From Mustelus asterias (Eukaryota), in assembly GCF_964213995.1 (NCBI RefSeq), contig NW_027590160.1, positions 992,001-1,056,000 of the forward strand: 64,000 nt of DNA, written 5' to 3'. The position numbers were made by a program, and so were the translations under genes. Of this stretch, positions 51,766-64,000 are shown piece after piece. Position 1 is the first letter of the stretch, and each line of letters starts with the position of its first letter. The notes beneath the pieces are model-generated. The model searched no databases. It was not told the origin of the DNA and saw nothing but the letters and a program-made list of their open reading frames with translations.

Positions 51766-52529
51766 TGTACATTCCACACATTGTTAGTTCAGTCATTTAG
51801 ACAATTTCAATTCCACTCCGTTATTTTCCAGTTCTGTTCCTGTCCCGCCTGGGGTCACATCTACTCGACCTTTCCTACTCCTGAAGGAGCGCTGTCAGTT
51901 CTGGGTTACTAGTCCATAAAAGATGTAAAAGATTCTCCAGCGCTCTTTACCCCTATCCAACTTGTGGACAGTCCTTACTCAGTATTATTTCTCCCAAGCC
52001 CTTAATTGTCCCAATCCATTATATGATCCATTTTACTGTAATTTTCCTCACTTTGTGAGCATGTGCATTGTGTTTAATTGGATCCTGATTGTTTTGAACT
52101 CAGTTTCTCTGGAGTGTGTGTCAGTGCCTTGATGGTGTCAGAATGTTGTCTCAATGCCCTGGCCACATTAGCCATTTCATCTCCTGCTGTGTCTCAAGTA
52201 GCTGTGTGTGTTTGGGACCCGCTCTTCACTCCATCTCACCATGAATTTAGGCTTGCTATTTTTCACATGTAACAAATCACATCTGCACACTCACTCCAGT
52301 GTCCGAACATCATGTCACACATTCTTAACTCTCAGATGTGCTGATGAAAAGATCAAAGTGAGTGTCTGTCTTTCTTATCTCCTCTTGTTATGGTGCTGAT
52401 ATTTCATGTCGTGGCCGGGCTTTCAAATGTGGATTTCTTTAAAACAAAGTTCATGGATGTAGAAACGTTTCAGAGACCAAGTATTATGCTGGCTTTCACT
52501 GATTTACAACTCAGCTCATACAAAGACCT

Positions 52530-55500
52530 CACAAAGAACAAAGAACAGTACAGCACAGGAAACAGGCCCTTCGGCCCTCCAAGCCTGTGCCGCTCCTTGG
52601 TCCAACTAGACCAATCGTTTGTATCCCTCCATTCCCAGGCTGCTCATGTGACTATCCAGGTAAGTCTTAAACGATGTCAGCGTGCCTGCCTCCACCACCC
52701 TACTTGGCAGCGCATTCCAGGCCCCCACCACCCTCTGTGTAAAAAACATCCCTCTAATATCTGAGTTATACTTCACCCCTCTCACCTTGAGCCCGTGACC
52801 CCTCGTGAACGTCACTTCTGATCTGGGAAAAAGCTTCCCACCGTTCACCCTATCTATCCCCTTCATAATCTTGTACACCTCTATTAGATCTCCCCTCATT
52901 CTCCGTCTTTCCAGGGAGAACAACCCCAGTTTACCCAATCTCTCCTCATAGCTAAGACCCTCCATACCAGGCAATATCCTGGTAAACCTTCTCTGCACTC
53001 TCTCTAACGCCTCCACGTCCTTCTGGTAGTGCGGCGACCAGAACTGGACGCAGTACTCCAAATGTGGCCTAACCAGCGTTCTATACAGCTGCATCATCAG
53101 GCTCCAGCTTTTATACTCTATACCTCGTCCTATAAAGGCAAGCATACCATATGCCTTCTTCACCACCTTCTCCACCTGTGTTGCCACCTTCAAGGATTTG
53201 TGGACTTGCACACCTGGGTCCCTCTGTGTTTCTATACTCCTGATGACTCTGCCATTTATTGTATAACTCCTCCCTACATTCTTTCTTCCAAAATGCATCA
53301 CTTCGCATTTATCCGGATTAAACTCCATCTGCCACCTGTCTGCCCAATTTTCCAGCCTATCTATATCCTGCTGTATTGCCCGACAATGCTCTTCGCTATC
53401 CGCAAGTCCAGCCATCTTCGTGTCATCCGCAAACTTGCTGATTACACCAGTTACACCTTCTTCCAAATCATTTATATATATCACAAATAGCAGAGGTCCC
53501 AGTACAGAGCCCTGTGGAACACCACTGGTCACAGACCTCCAGCCGGAAAAAGACCCTTCCACCACTACCCTCTGTCTCCTATGGCCAAGCCAGTTCTCCA
53601 CCCATCTAGCCACTTCTCCTTGTATCCCATGAGCCTTAACCTTCTTAACCAACCTGCCATGTGGGACTTTGTCAAATGCCTTCCTGAAATCCATATAGAC
53701 GACATCCACGGCCCTTCCTTCATCAACCGTTTTTGTCACTTCCTCAAAAAATTCCACCAAATTTGTAAGGCACGACCTCCCTCTTACAAAACCATGCTGT
53801 CTGTCACTAATGAGATTGTTCCGTTCTAAATGCACATACATCCTGTCTCTAAGAATCCTCTCCAACAACTTCCCTAGCACGGACGTCAAGCTCACCGGCC
53901 TATAATTTCCTGGGTTATCCCTGCTACCCTTCTTAAACAACGGGACCACATTCGCTATCCTCCAATCCTTAGGGACCTCACCCGTGTCCAAAGAAGCGAC
54001 AAAGATTTCCGTCAGAGGCCCAGCAATTTCATCTCTCGTCTCCCTGAGCAGTCGAGGATAGATGCCATCAGGCCCTGGGGCTTTGTCAGTTTTAATGTTC
54101 CCTAAAAAACCTAACACTTCCTCTCTTGTAATGGAGATTTTCTCTAACGGGTCAACACCTCCCTCCGAGACACTCCCGGTTAACACGCCCCTTTCCTTCG
54201 TGAATACTGATGCAAAGTATTCATTTAGGATCTCCCCTATTCCCTTGGGTTCGAAGCATAATTCCCCTCCTTTGTCCCTGAGAGGTCCGATTTTCTCCCT
54301 GACAACTCTTTTGTTCCTAACGTATGAGTAGAATGCCTTAGGATTCTCCTTAATCCTGCCTGCCAAGAACATCTCGTGACCTCTTTTTGCCCTTCTAACT
54401 CCCCGTTTGAGTTCTTTCCTACTCTCTCTGTATTCCTCCAGAGCTCCATCTGTTTTCTGTTGCCTCGACTTAACGTACGCCTCCCTTTTCATTTTAATCA
54501 GATCCTCAATTTCCCTGGTTATCCACGGCTCTCGAATCCTACCTTTCCTATCTTTCCTTTTTACAGGCACATGCCTATCCTGCAGCCTTATCAATAGTTC
54601 CTTAAAAGACTCCCACATGCCAGACGCGGACTTACCCTCGAACATCCTCTCCCAATCAACATCCACCAATTCCTGCCTAATCCGGCTATAGTCAGCCTTC
54701 CCCCAATTGAGCACCCTGCCCGTAGGACAGCACTCATCCTTGTCCATTACTATCCTAAAGTTAACAGAGTTGTGGTCACTATTTGCCACATGTTCCCCTA
54801 CCGAAACTTTGACGACCTGACCGGGCTCATTTCCCAGAACTAGGTCCAGTATAGCCCCCTCTCTAGTCGGGCTATCTACATACTGTTCCAAAGAACCTTC
54901 CAGTACGCATTTTACAAATTCCTCCTCGTCCGGACCCCCAGCTCTAAGCACTTTCCAGTCTGTGCCAGGGAAATTAAAGTCCCCCACTACAACAACCCTA
55001 TTTTTTCTGCACCTATCCAGAATCTCCTGACACTTCCCGTGGGCCGAGAGGTGGTCTGTAGTACACCCCCAGCATAGTGACTGCACCCTTCCTGTTTCTG
55101 AGTTCCACCCACAGCGACTCAGTACATGACCCCTCCAAGTTGTCTACCCTCTGCACCACGGTAACATGCTCCTTAACTAATATCGCTACTCCCCCACCTT
55201 TTTTAGCCCCTCCTCTGTCTCGCCTAAAACACTTATACCCCGGAATATTCAGCTGCCAGTCCTGTCCTTCTTTTAACCAAGTTTCCGTCACCGCAACCAC
55301 ATCCAAATTCCGCATAAGCATTAAGGCCCTAAGTTCATCTGTTTTACCCGTTACGCTCCTTGCATTGAAGCAGATGCACTCCAGACCTCCAGGCCCACTC
55401 AGGTCATCCTCCTCCAGAGTGCTCCTCTTCTTAGCTAGCCTTGCCCTGGCCCCCAGCTCAACCCCAGCCTCAGTATTTACTGACCTACTGTTTTGTTCCC

Positions 55501-56650
55501 CACCCCGCTGCCACACTAGTTTAAATCCTGCCGAAACACTCTCGCAAAACTCCCAGCCAGGATATTTGCTCCCTTCCAGTTCAGGTGTAACCCATCCTTT
55601 CTGTACAGTTGCCATCCTGACTTGAAGATTTCCCAGTTATCTATGAATTAAAAACCCTCCCTCTTGCACCAGTCCTTTAGCCACGCGTTCAACTGTAGAA
55701 TCTCCCTGTTCCGAGCCTCACTTGCACTAGACACCGGGAGCAGTCCAGAGATTGCTACCCTGGAGGCCTTACTTTTTAGCCTAGCACCCAACTCCCTGAA
55801 TTTCTCTCGTATGACCCCCCTGCTCTTCCTACTGACATCATTTTCACCAATGTGTATAATCACATCCGTTTGACTACCTTCCTTTTTAAATATGCTTCCT
55901 CCCCTCTCGGAGACATCCAGTGCCCCGGCACCAGGGAGGCAGACTACCATCCTGGATTCTCGTTCACTCCCACAGAACCGCCTGTCCGTGCCTCTAACCA
56001 TTGCGTCCCCCACAACTATCGCTCTCCTAAATCGCTTCTTTCCCTTCCGGACCCTTGAGCCTGTCTCCGTGGAGGCGATCTGGTCCTCGTGGCTTACCCC
56101 TGGAGGGTCATCCCCCTCCACAGAATCCAAAACAATATACCTATTTTGGAGGGGGACAACCACAGGGGATCCCTCCACAGACTGCTCACTCCCTTCCCTT
56201 CTCCCATCTGTTGCCCATCCCTTTCTTTTATGGGAGACTGCCACTGGGGTACTTTCTGGCACATCACCCTTCTGACTATTACCCCTCCTAACTGTGACCC
56301 ACGTGTCTTCCTTCCGAGACCCTGGTGTCACTACCTGACTATAACTTTTATCTATTAATCTCTCATTTGCCCTAACTAAACTGAGTTCATCGAGCCTCAG
56401 CTCCAGCTCCCTTACACGATCCTTCAGGAGTTGCAGTTCCACGCATCTGGCACAGATATGGACTTCCGGGAGGCAAGTTGTCTCCAGGAACTCCCACATC
56501 CCACACCGAATGCAGTATACTGGCCTCCCACTCATACCAGTCATGTCCTTTTTAGTTTTTGGGAGATAAAACAAAAAAGGGGGTGTAACAGAAGAAAAAC
56601 AAACAACCTTCCTCGCCTTCGCCGAAGCCCTGTGAGCCAAAGCCCTCACA
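52530..56650 (-). mobile_element. Nearly intact full-length CR1 LINE
   Basis: ORF1 from ~56535 with one nonsense at 55648; ORF2 with one frameshift near 55035 and then ~800 open codons to 52606; tail (ttctttg)n. Confidence 0.93.
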
Positions 56651-58172
56651 GAGACAGTAATTCTGTTGAATACGTGCTTTATTGCCCAGGCCTGGTCCAG
56701 GGGCGTCAGAGAATAATTTGGGGAAGCCAAACTATTCTAAATTCCATTGCTTCCAATATTACAATTATACAACTTTCAAAAATCATTTCCCCACCCACTT
56801 TGCTCACCCAGCCAGACATCAACCAATCATTATTCGTCTAGATTATTTACCTTGGCCAATAACATGTCACTCTCTGGCAGCATGAGAATACATAGGTCTA
56901 TAAATTCAAAAGTGCTTTTCCACTGTGTCCGAGCAATTCTTTATCGGGAAACGGTATGCTCTTATTCATTCAATTGTCTGGGAAGCTTGTACTGTCTGGA
57001 GCCAACACTGATGAGTTTTTTTTTGCTTAACTCAGTAGCTGTATTGTTTTCAAAGAATGTGGTTCTTCTTACATAGCTATATACCATCATGCCTTAGAGT
57101 GTCATTAGCCAAGGTGTATGATTTTAATACAGAATATATGTTATCAAAAATACATGTTTAAATTCACTAACAATGGTTATATGTATTTCTATGCAAACAG
57201 TACCTTTGTAACTCCAGGTACTTAGTGATTCTTCTTGAATATATTCACTCTAAATTAACCTATTCTGATATATTAGTCTTTTAGTCCCAGGTTGTCCTGA
57301 ACCCCCTCGAACAATGGACAAGGATGTAAATATCTCCCAGAGAAAGTGATCAACTTATTCATCCCATCGACACATTCCAGACTTTCACTGGAATGAACCA
57401 GGATTCCACATTGATATATTCCATTCAACCTCACCCACAGTGAGCTATTCCAATTTCTTTGTTCTCCAGGACAATATATTCACAATATCTTTAAAACAGA
57501 AATTAAACATTCCCATTTGATTTCAGGTATCAACATATTCTGTTAGTTTGTTCTTTATTGTCAATGTCAGGCTGGGGTTGTTCCCCTTGGAGCAAAGGAG
57601 GTTGAGGGGAGATTTGATAGAGGTGGACAAGATTCTGACAGGTTTAGATAAGGTGGACAAAGAAAAGCTGTTCCCATTAGCTGATGGGACAAGGATGAGG
57701 AGGGACACAGATTTAAGGTTTTGGATCAGAGATGCAGCGGGGGATGTGAGGAAGAAAATTTGATGCAGTGAATGGTAATGATCTGGAACTCGCTGCCTAC
57801 GAGGGAGGAGGAAGTGGAGACAATAAACAATTACAAAGGAAATTGGATGGGCATTGGGGGGTTTCAAACAGAAATAGTGACTATCTCTTAACTTCCTAAC
57901 ACCCTGTCACTCTGTGATCCTTGTGAAATTTGAAACCAGGTATTCGCAACAAGACTCAAAGAGCATCAGCCCACTGGAGGCAAAGCCATGAGACCGACCA
58001 GTCCAGCAGAAAGAAACTCTCCGACCCTCCCCATTGACCAACTGTGAGAATGAACAAAATGTAGTCCTGGGTGTAATTAAGAGCAGAAACAATAACAGCA
58101 GAATCCAAACCCTGGAATCACTCGTGAACTTGGTGGTGTCTCAACAGATGGGATGAAAGACTGAATATCTTC

Positions 58173-58958
58173 TCACACAGAGCAGCTGAACGGTCTCTCC
58201 CCAGTGTAAACTCGCTGGTGTATTCGCAGGTTGGATAACCGAGTGAATCCCTTCCCACACTGAGAGCAGGTGAACGGTTTCTCCCCAATGTGAACTCGCT
58301 GGTGTGTCACCAGGCTGGATGAATCACAGAAACCCTTCCCACACTGAGAGCAGGTGAACGGCCTCTCCCCAGTGTGAACTCGCTGGTGTATCTGCAGGCG
58401 GGAGGACCCAGTGAATCCCTTCCCACATTGAGAGCAGGTGAATGGCCTCTCCCCAGTGTGAACTCGCTGGTGTGTCAGCAGGCTGGATGAATCACAGAAT
58501 CCCTTCCCACACACAGAGCAGGTGAATGGCCTCTCCCCAGTGTGAACTCGCTGGTGTCTCTGCAGGTGGGATGACTGAGTGAATCCCTCCCCACATCGAG
58601 AGCAGGTAAAGGGCCTCTCTCCAGTGTGAACTCGCTGGTGTTTCCGCAGGTCGGAAGACCGAATGAATCCCTTCCCACACTGAGAGCAGGTGAACGGCCT
58701 CTCCCCAGTGTGAATGCGCTCATGGACCAGCAGGTCGGAAGATTGAGTGAATCCCTCCCCACACTGAGAACACGTGAATGGCCTCTCCCCAGTGTGAACT
58801 CGCTGGTGTCTCTGCAGGCTGGATGACTGAGTGAATCCCTTCCCACACTGAGAGCAGATGAACGGCCGCTGCCCAGTGTGGATGAGCCGATGAGCTTCCA
58901 GCTGAAATGGGTATCTGTATCTCTTGCCACAGTCTGCACATTTCCATGGTTTCTCCAT
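58173..58958 (-). CDS. C2H2 zinc-finger protein, 9 fingers (9th has H->Y), 10th finger frameshifted
   Basis: Paralog of 45983-46825; last finger continues out of frame to the ancestral stop near 58119; could be a pseudogene. Confidence 0.75.
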   Translation of the reverse strand: MEKPWKCADCGKRYRYPFQLEAHRLIHTGQRPFICSQCGKGFTQSSSLQRHQRVHTGERPFTCSQCGEGFTQSSDLLVHERIHTGERPFTCSQCGKGFIRSSDLRKHQRVHTGERPFTCSRCGEGFTQSSHLQRHQRVHTGERPFTCSVCGKGFCDSSSLLTHQRVHTGERPFTCSQCGKGFTGSSRLQIHQRVHTGERPFTCSQCGKGFCDSSSLVTHQRVHIGEKPFTCSQCGKGFTRLSNLRIHQRVYTGERPFSCSV

Positions 58959-59957
58959 GGTGCAGGTGTCCTTGCCTCTCTCTTGGGTGGACAATCAGTT
59001 GAAGCCTCGTCCACACACAACACAGGTACAGTCTCTCCCCGCTGTGAATGGTGTGATATTTATTCAGACTGTGTAACTGGTTAAAGCTCTTTCGTCAGTG
59101 CATTGGAACACTCTCACTCGAGTGTGACAGTGTGTTGATGCTTTTCCAGTCACACTGACATTTCAAATCGACAGACCGGACAATCATTTGTCCTTCTGGA
59201 TTCAAAGTCCGATGATATTCAGTTCCCAAGGAGTATGACTCTGTCAGATCTAGACGTGACGTTTGAGTTTTCAGTCTGTGATTCCTCTTTTAATATCCTG
59301 TAAAATGAGTTTACAAAAGTCATCAGTGTCAGTACAGGATAGAAATTCAGAGCAGACAATTCTAGTTTCTCTGGAACATTCTTTCCTATTTCAGTCCCAA
59401 AAAGCTGTAAATCTCCATCCATATCTATGGATTCTATTTAAAAATGAAAGTGGATGGGCACTTGAAGGAAATAAACTTGCAGGAGAATGGGATATAGAGT
59501 GGGAATGGGACTGGAATGTTATACAGAGAGTCAGCATGGACTCGAGTTACCAAATGGATTCCTTCTGTGCTGTAATGACTTTATGACTGGAAATGTATAA
59601 CATCGCTACAGCTTCATATTACAACGCAAGAGCTGTAAATCTCCATCCCACACACTCTCCCTCCATTCTCACTCTGCTGTATCTAATATTCACCCTCCCA
59701 ATTCTCCTGAAGGTGCTGATTGAGGCTGATTGATAGATCCATGCTCACTGCTTCCTGTCCTGGACAGACAGAGCTGGAAATCTCCATGCAGGCGGCCAGA
59801 CAGATATATGTCTATCTGACTGGACTAACAATGTGTGGAACATACCGACTGGATTCACTTCATTCCCTTCAGTTGCTGCAAGTCCCCAATTTACCCCAGA
59901 ATGAGAAAAGAAATGGAAAGGGGGAGAAAAGAAAGTTTTTACCCACAGATGTTGGCC

Positions 59958-60345
59958 TCTTTTAAGGTCAAACCAAATAAACAAACTCAAGTTAAATCAG
60001 GACAAAGTAAAAGGGGCAGCTCCCCAAAAGGAGGGGGAACAGCCCGAACAAAAATCAAAGTACAAAGGAAACTTAAAAACATCAAATCATAGTGTGATTA
60101 TTCGGGTCGATAACGCACCCCAACCCCTGCGGTGCCCAACGGGGGCAGAAGGCGTCAACCGTGCCTGTAGACACCGCATGTTCCCTCTCCAGGGACACCT
60201 GGCCGCGAACGTAGCCGCAGTAGAGGGGCAGACAGTCAGGATGGACGGCCCCCTCGATCGCCCGCTGCCTGGACCGGTAAATGGCGCGCTTCGCCAGGCC
60301 CAGGAGCAGGTTCACGAGGAGGTCACCATCCCGACCCGCCCCTCT
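59958..60345 (-). mobile_element. Tx1-clade copy C, 3' end
   Basis: DLLVNLLLGLAKRAIY..SLEREHAVSTG and 3'UTR as in copy A; 3' junction 11 nt before the donor at 59946. Confidence 0.85.
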
Positions 60346-60580
60346 CTGCGTGGGTTTCCTCAGGGTGCTCCGGTTTACTCCCACAGTCCAAAGATATGTG
60401 GGTTAGGTTGATTGCTATGCTAAAAAAATTGCCCCTTAGTGTCCTGGGATGCGTAGATTAGAGGGATTAGCGGGTAAAATATGTAGGGCTATGGGGGTAG
60501 GGCCTGGGTGGGATTATGGTCGGTGCAGACTCGATGGGCCGAATGGCCTCTTTCTGTGCTGTAGGGTTTCTATGATTCTA
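60346..60580 (+). mobile_element. HE1-type SINE, 5'-truncated
   Basis: Core and tail. Confidence 0.8.
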
Positions 60581-60619
60581 TTGTCCCTCTGAAGACAGAG
60601 GTTCTGAACCAGCCCCTGA

Positions 60620-60960
60620 AACCACGCCCATTGTGACCCGCCACCGACAGCAGCGCATGCGCTCTCCTTCCCCGCTGAAACAAGATGGCGGCCGATAACC
60701 GGGGCCTGTTCCCGAGATAAAAGCCTGGGAGCTGTAAACCCGGGACCTGCAGGGTCTTATTCGGGCCGTGCGGCCTACAGCGGATGTTTGTGAAGTCATA
60801 GCTCCCTCCCTACCCCACGACTCCCGGCTCCATTTCTCCCGCAGCCCCACCGACTCACCTGCTGAAAAAAGCATCTCCCGCATTCATAGGGCTCTGGGCA
60901 AAGTGACACTGCGCACGCTCCAGATATAGCACCGCGCCTGCGCAATAGGCTCCTGTGGAA
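60620..60960. promoter_or_regulatory. CpG-rich promoter candidate
   Basis: NRF1-like GCGCATGCGC, YY1-like AAGATGGCGGC, minus-strand donor CAG/GTGAGT near 60859. Confidence 0.55.
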
Positions 60961-61502
60961 TGAATAGGACACGTTCACACCCGCAGGGGCACCTGGGAAT
61001 TAACGGCGTCATTGTCAATCAAAGACAATAATAGAAAATTATCTTGTGCAATTAAGATCAATTAATTTTTAAAAATGCATTCCTCGGAATTTGTGCGCTG
61101 CCATTCTCTATTTCTAAAATTGATTTAAACCAGTGCTCTCCTGTGGGAATACCCCGAGTTTTTAAAACTTTTCCCACTGGTTTCCTCTCGTCTCTCTGCT
61201 CTCCTGAAGGTGCTCACACTGGCTGGGTAAATCCCACAGAGACAGGTTTCTTTCACTTTCTTTCTCCTGATGCTGAATATTCTGTTTTATGGAACGATAC
61301 ATCACAGATGGAAACCATTTGGCTCATCCTGCCCAGTCGGGCTGTCTTTAAGATCTGTCCAATTAATCCCACAGCCCTGCTGGCAGAGTGAGAACAACAT
61401 CTATTTATACTGCAGCAATGCAGGAGGTGAATGGAAAATGTTTTCCAGTTGCATACCTCTCAGACACACTCACCTCTAGAAAGATAAATTGGCCCTGTGT
61501 AC

Positions 61503-62455
61503 TAAGAACAAAGAAAATTGCAGCACAGGAACAGGCCCTTCGGCCCTCCAAGCCTGCACCGACCATACTGCCCGACTTAACTAAAACCCACTACCCTTCC
61601 AGGGACCATATCCCTCTATTCCCATCTCATTCATGTACTTGCCGCTTAAAAGTCAAGACCGTATCTGCTTCCACTACCTCCCCCGGCAATGAATACCAGG
61701 CACCCACCACTCTCTGTGTAAAACATCTGCCTCGTACATCTCTTTTAAACTTTACCCCTCGCACCTTAAACCTATTCCCCCCAGTAATTGACTCTTCCAC
61801 CCTGGGAAAAAGCTTCTGACTATCCACTCTTTCCATGCCTCTCATAATCTTGTAGACTTCTATCAGGTCTCCCCTCAACCTCCATAGCTCAAGTGAGAAC
61901 AAACCAAGTTTCCCAACCTCTCCTCATAGCTAATGCCCTCCATACCAGGCAACATCCTGGTAAATCTTTTCTGGACTCTCTCCAAAGCCTCCACATCCTT
62001 CTGGTAGTGTGGCGACCAGAATTGAACACTATATTCCACGTGCGGCCTAACTAAGGTTCTATAAAGCTGCAACATGACTTGCCAATTTTTAAACTCAATG
62101 CCCCAGCCGATGAAGGTAAGCATGCCGTATACCTTCTTGACGACCTTCTCCACCTGCATTGCCACTTTCAGTAATCTGTGTACCTGTACACCCAGGTCCT
62201 TTGCCTATCAATATTGTTAAAGGTTCTGCCATTTACTGTATATTTCCTATCTGTATTAGACCTTCCAAACTGCATTACCTCACATTTGTCCGGATTAAAC
62301 TCCATCTGCCATCTCTCCACCCAAATCTCCAACTGGTCTATATCCTGCTGTATCCTCTGATGGTCCTCATCGCTATCCGCAAATCCACCAACCTTTGTGT
62401 CGTCCGCAAACTTACCTATCAATCCAGTTACATTTCCTCCAAATCATTTATATAT
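61503..62455 (-). mobile_element. CR1 LINE 3' part
   Basis: FADD, RPHVEYSVQFW, 3'UTR. Confidence 0.9.
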
Positions 62456-62469
62456 ATTATATATATCCT

Positions 62470-62900
62470 GTTTGAATTCGCTGTTGTGTCCAAAGACTGG
62501 ATGGCCCAGCAAAATCCTTCCCACACAAGGAGCAGGTGAACAATCTCTCCCCAGTGTGAACTCGCTGATGTGCATTGAGGTTGGATGAACATGAGAACCC
62601 CTTTCCACAGGCAGAGCAGCTGAACGGCCTCTCCTCAGTGTGAATTTGCTGGTGTAACAGCAGGTGGGATGAGATAGTGAATCCTTTCCCACGCACAGAA
62701 CAGATGAATGGCCTCTCTCCAGTGTGACTGTGTCTATGGTTTTACAGCAAGTATGGATAATTGAATCCTTTATCACAATCATCACATTTCCATGGTTTCT
62801 CCATTTTCCCAGCCCCAATGTGACCGTGTCGATGGGTTTCCTACCGGGATGGAGAATTGAATCCTTTACCACAATCCTCACATTTCCACGGTTTGTCCAT
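62470..62900 (-). pseudogene. C2H2 ZNF pseudogene, about 4-5 fingers, cut by CR1
   Basis: MDKPWKC start, TAG in finger 1, C->R in a later finger, same leader relic as paralogs. Confidence 0.8.
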
Positions 62901-63865
62901 GGTGCTGGTGTCCTTCTGTCTCTCTAGGTTGGATGATTAGTTGAAGCCTCATCCACATACAGACCATGGTGTGATGTTTTTCAGGCTATGTAACTGGCTA
63001 AAGCTCTATCCACAGTCAGTTCACTGGAGCACTCTCACTTGGGTGTATGTGTGTGTCTCAGTTCTTTTTCTGTCACATTGAATTTTGAAATTTTCTCCCA
63101 CTGACAAAACAGGGAACGATTTATCCCTCCACTGTCAAAAGCAATCATATTTAGGTCATGATGAATCGAATGGCTCTGTCAGACTTTGATGTGAAGTTTA
63201 GTTTGAGTTTCCTGTCTGTGAATCTTCCTCTTCTATTTCCCTGCACAAAGAGTTTTAAAAAACTGCTTCAGAACAGACAATTTCAGTTTCCACGAAACAT
63301 TTCTCTGTCTCATTTATCTTGAGCTGTAATCCCCATCCTACACACTCTCTCTTGTCCCTGAGCTGAAATCAAACTCATTGCCCCAACTCCACTCTGAGCT
63401 CAGCTCCCTCTCCCTCCAGCTGGATTCAGTCCTGCAGGCCATGTGCAGATTGAGAGTACAATCAAGGAGTCAATTATTTTCCTTCCAAGTCAGGGGATGT
63501 GCAGCCCCACTGACTCTGTTGTTACCATAATGGGCACACGTGCTCTGTTCAACAATGAAACACCACGATGGCCATTAACATGGGCCTGTTCCTTGGAAAG
63601 GCTCCATTTTATTTGTGCCAAAACAGCAGCGGAATTACCTCCTGCACAGGGACAAAGGTATCATCAGTCACAGAAAATAATTGCAGCTGGTGTCTCAAAT
63701 CTCATTTTACCATTTGCTCCCAGACATTCTCAATTCAATTTTGAAATGCAAACTGAAATCTGGCAAAGTGGGGTAAATTAAACACATTTTAATGGTCATT
63801 TTCAGAATGACTATTCCCAAGAATTAATTCCTAAGTCAGTAAATTAAAATTCTCATCAGCAATGT

Positions 63866-64000
63866 AGGCAGCACAGTCGTTAGCACTGCTGCCTCACAGC
63901 TCCAGGGACCTGGGTTCGATTCCCAACTTGGGTCACTGTCTGTGTGGAGTCTGCCCGTTCTCCCCATGCCTGCGTGGGTTTTCTCCAGATGCTCCGGTTT
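63866..64000 (+). mobile_element. HE1-type SINE head, runs off the window
   Basis: A and B boxes, start of core. Confidence 0.8.

Noticed and set aside
52606-55086. Bacterial retron, DGR or group II intron reverse transcriptase
   Set aside because: APE endonuclease, CR1 C-terminal motifs, esterase ORF1 and microsatellite tail identify a CR1 LINE.

Overview
Eukaryotic genomic DNA, almost certainly from a cartilaginous fish (shark), inferred from HE1-type V-SINEs, a DeuSINE and HER1-like CR1 LINEs. The window holds a birth-and-death cluster of C2H2 zinc-finger genes with no recognisable KRAB/SCAN/BTB domain. Six finger arrays are present (about 2-3 plausibly coding, the rest damaged), with several paralogous CpG-rich promoters and first exons. 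They sit among CR1, Penelope, Tx1 and SINE insertions. Top signal: Tx1-clade retrotransposons repeatedly sit at the same exon-1/intron-1 splice junction of these ZNF genes (11-bp TSD ending exactly at the GT donor, two identical 3' junctions, a tandem second copy, two empty sites in the window), and the largest copy carries a look-alike splice donor near its 5' end. Also notable: a highly structured U2-snRNA-headed SINE-like element, minimal hammerhead ribozymes in Penelope terminal repeats, a Penelope fold-back that captured nearby DNA, and promoter minisatellites built from CRE or CCAAT/GC boxes. Repeat boundaries are approximate and all family names come from recall, not from database searches.
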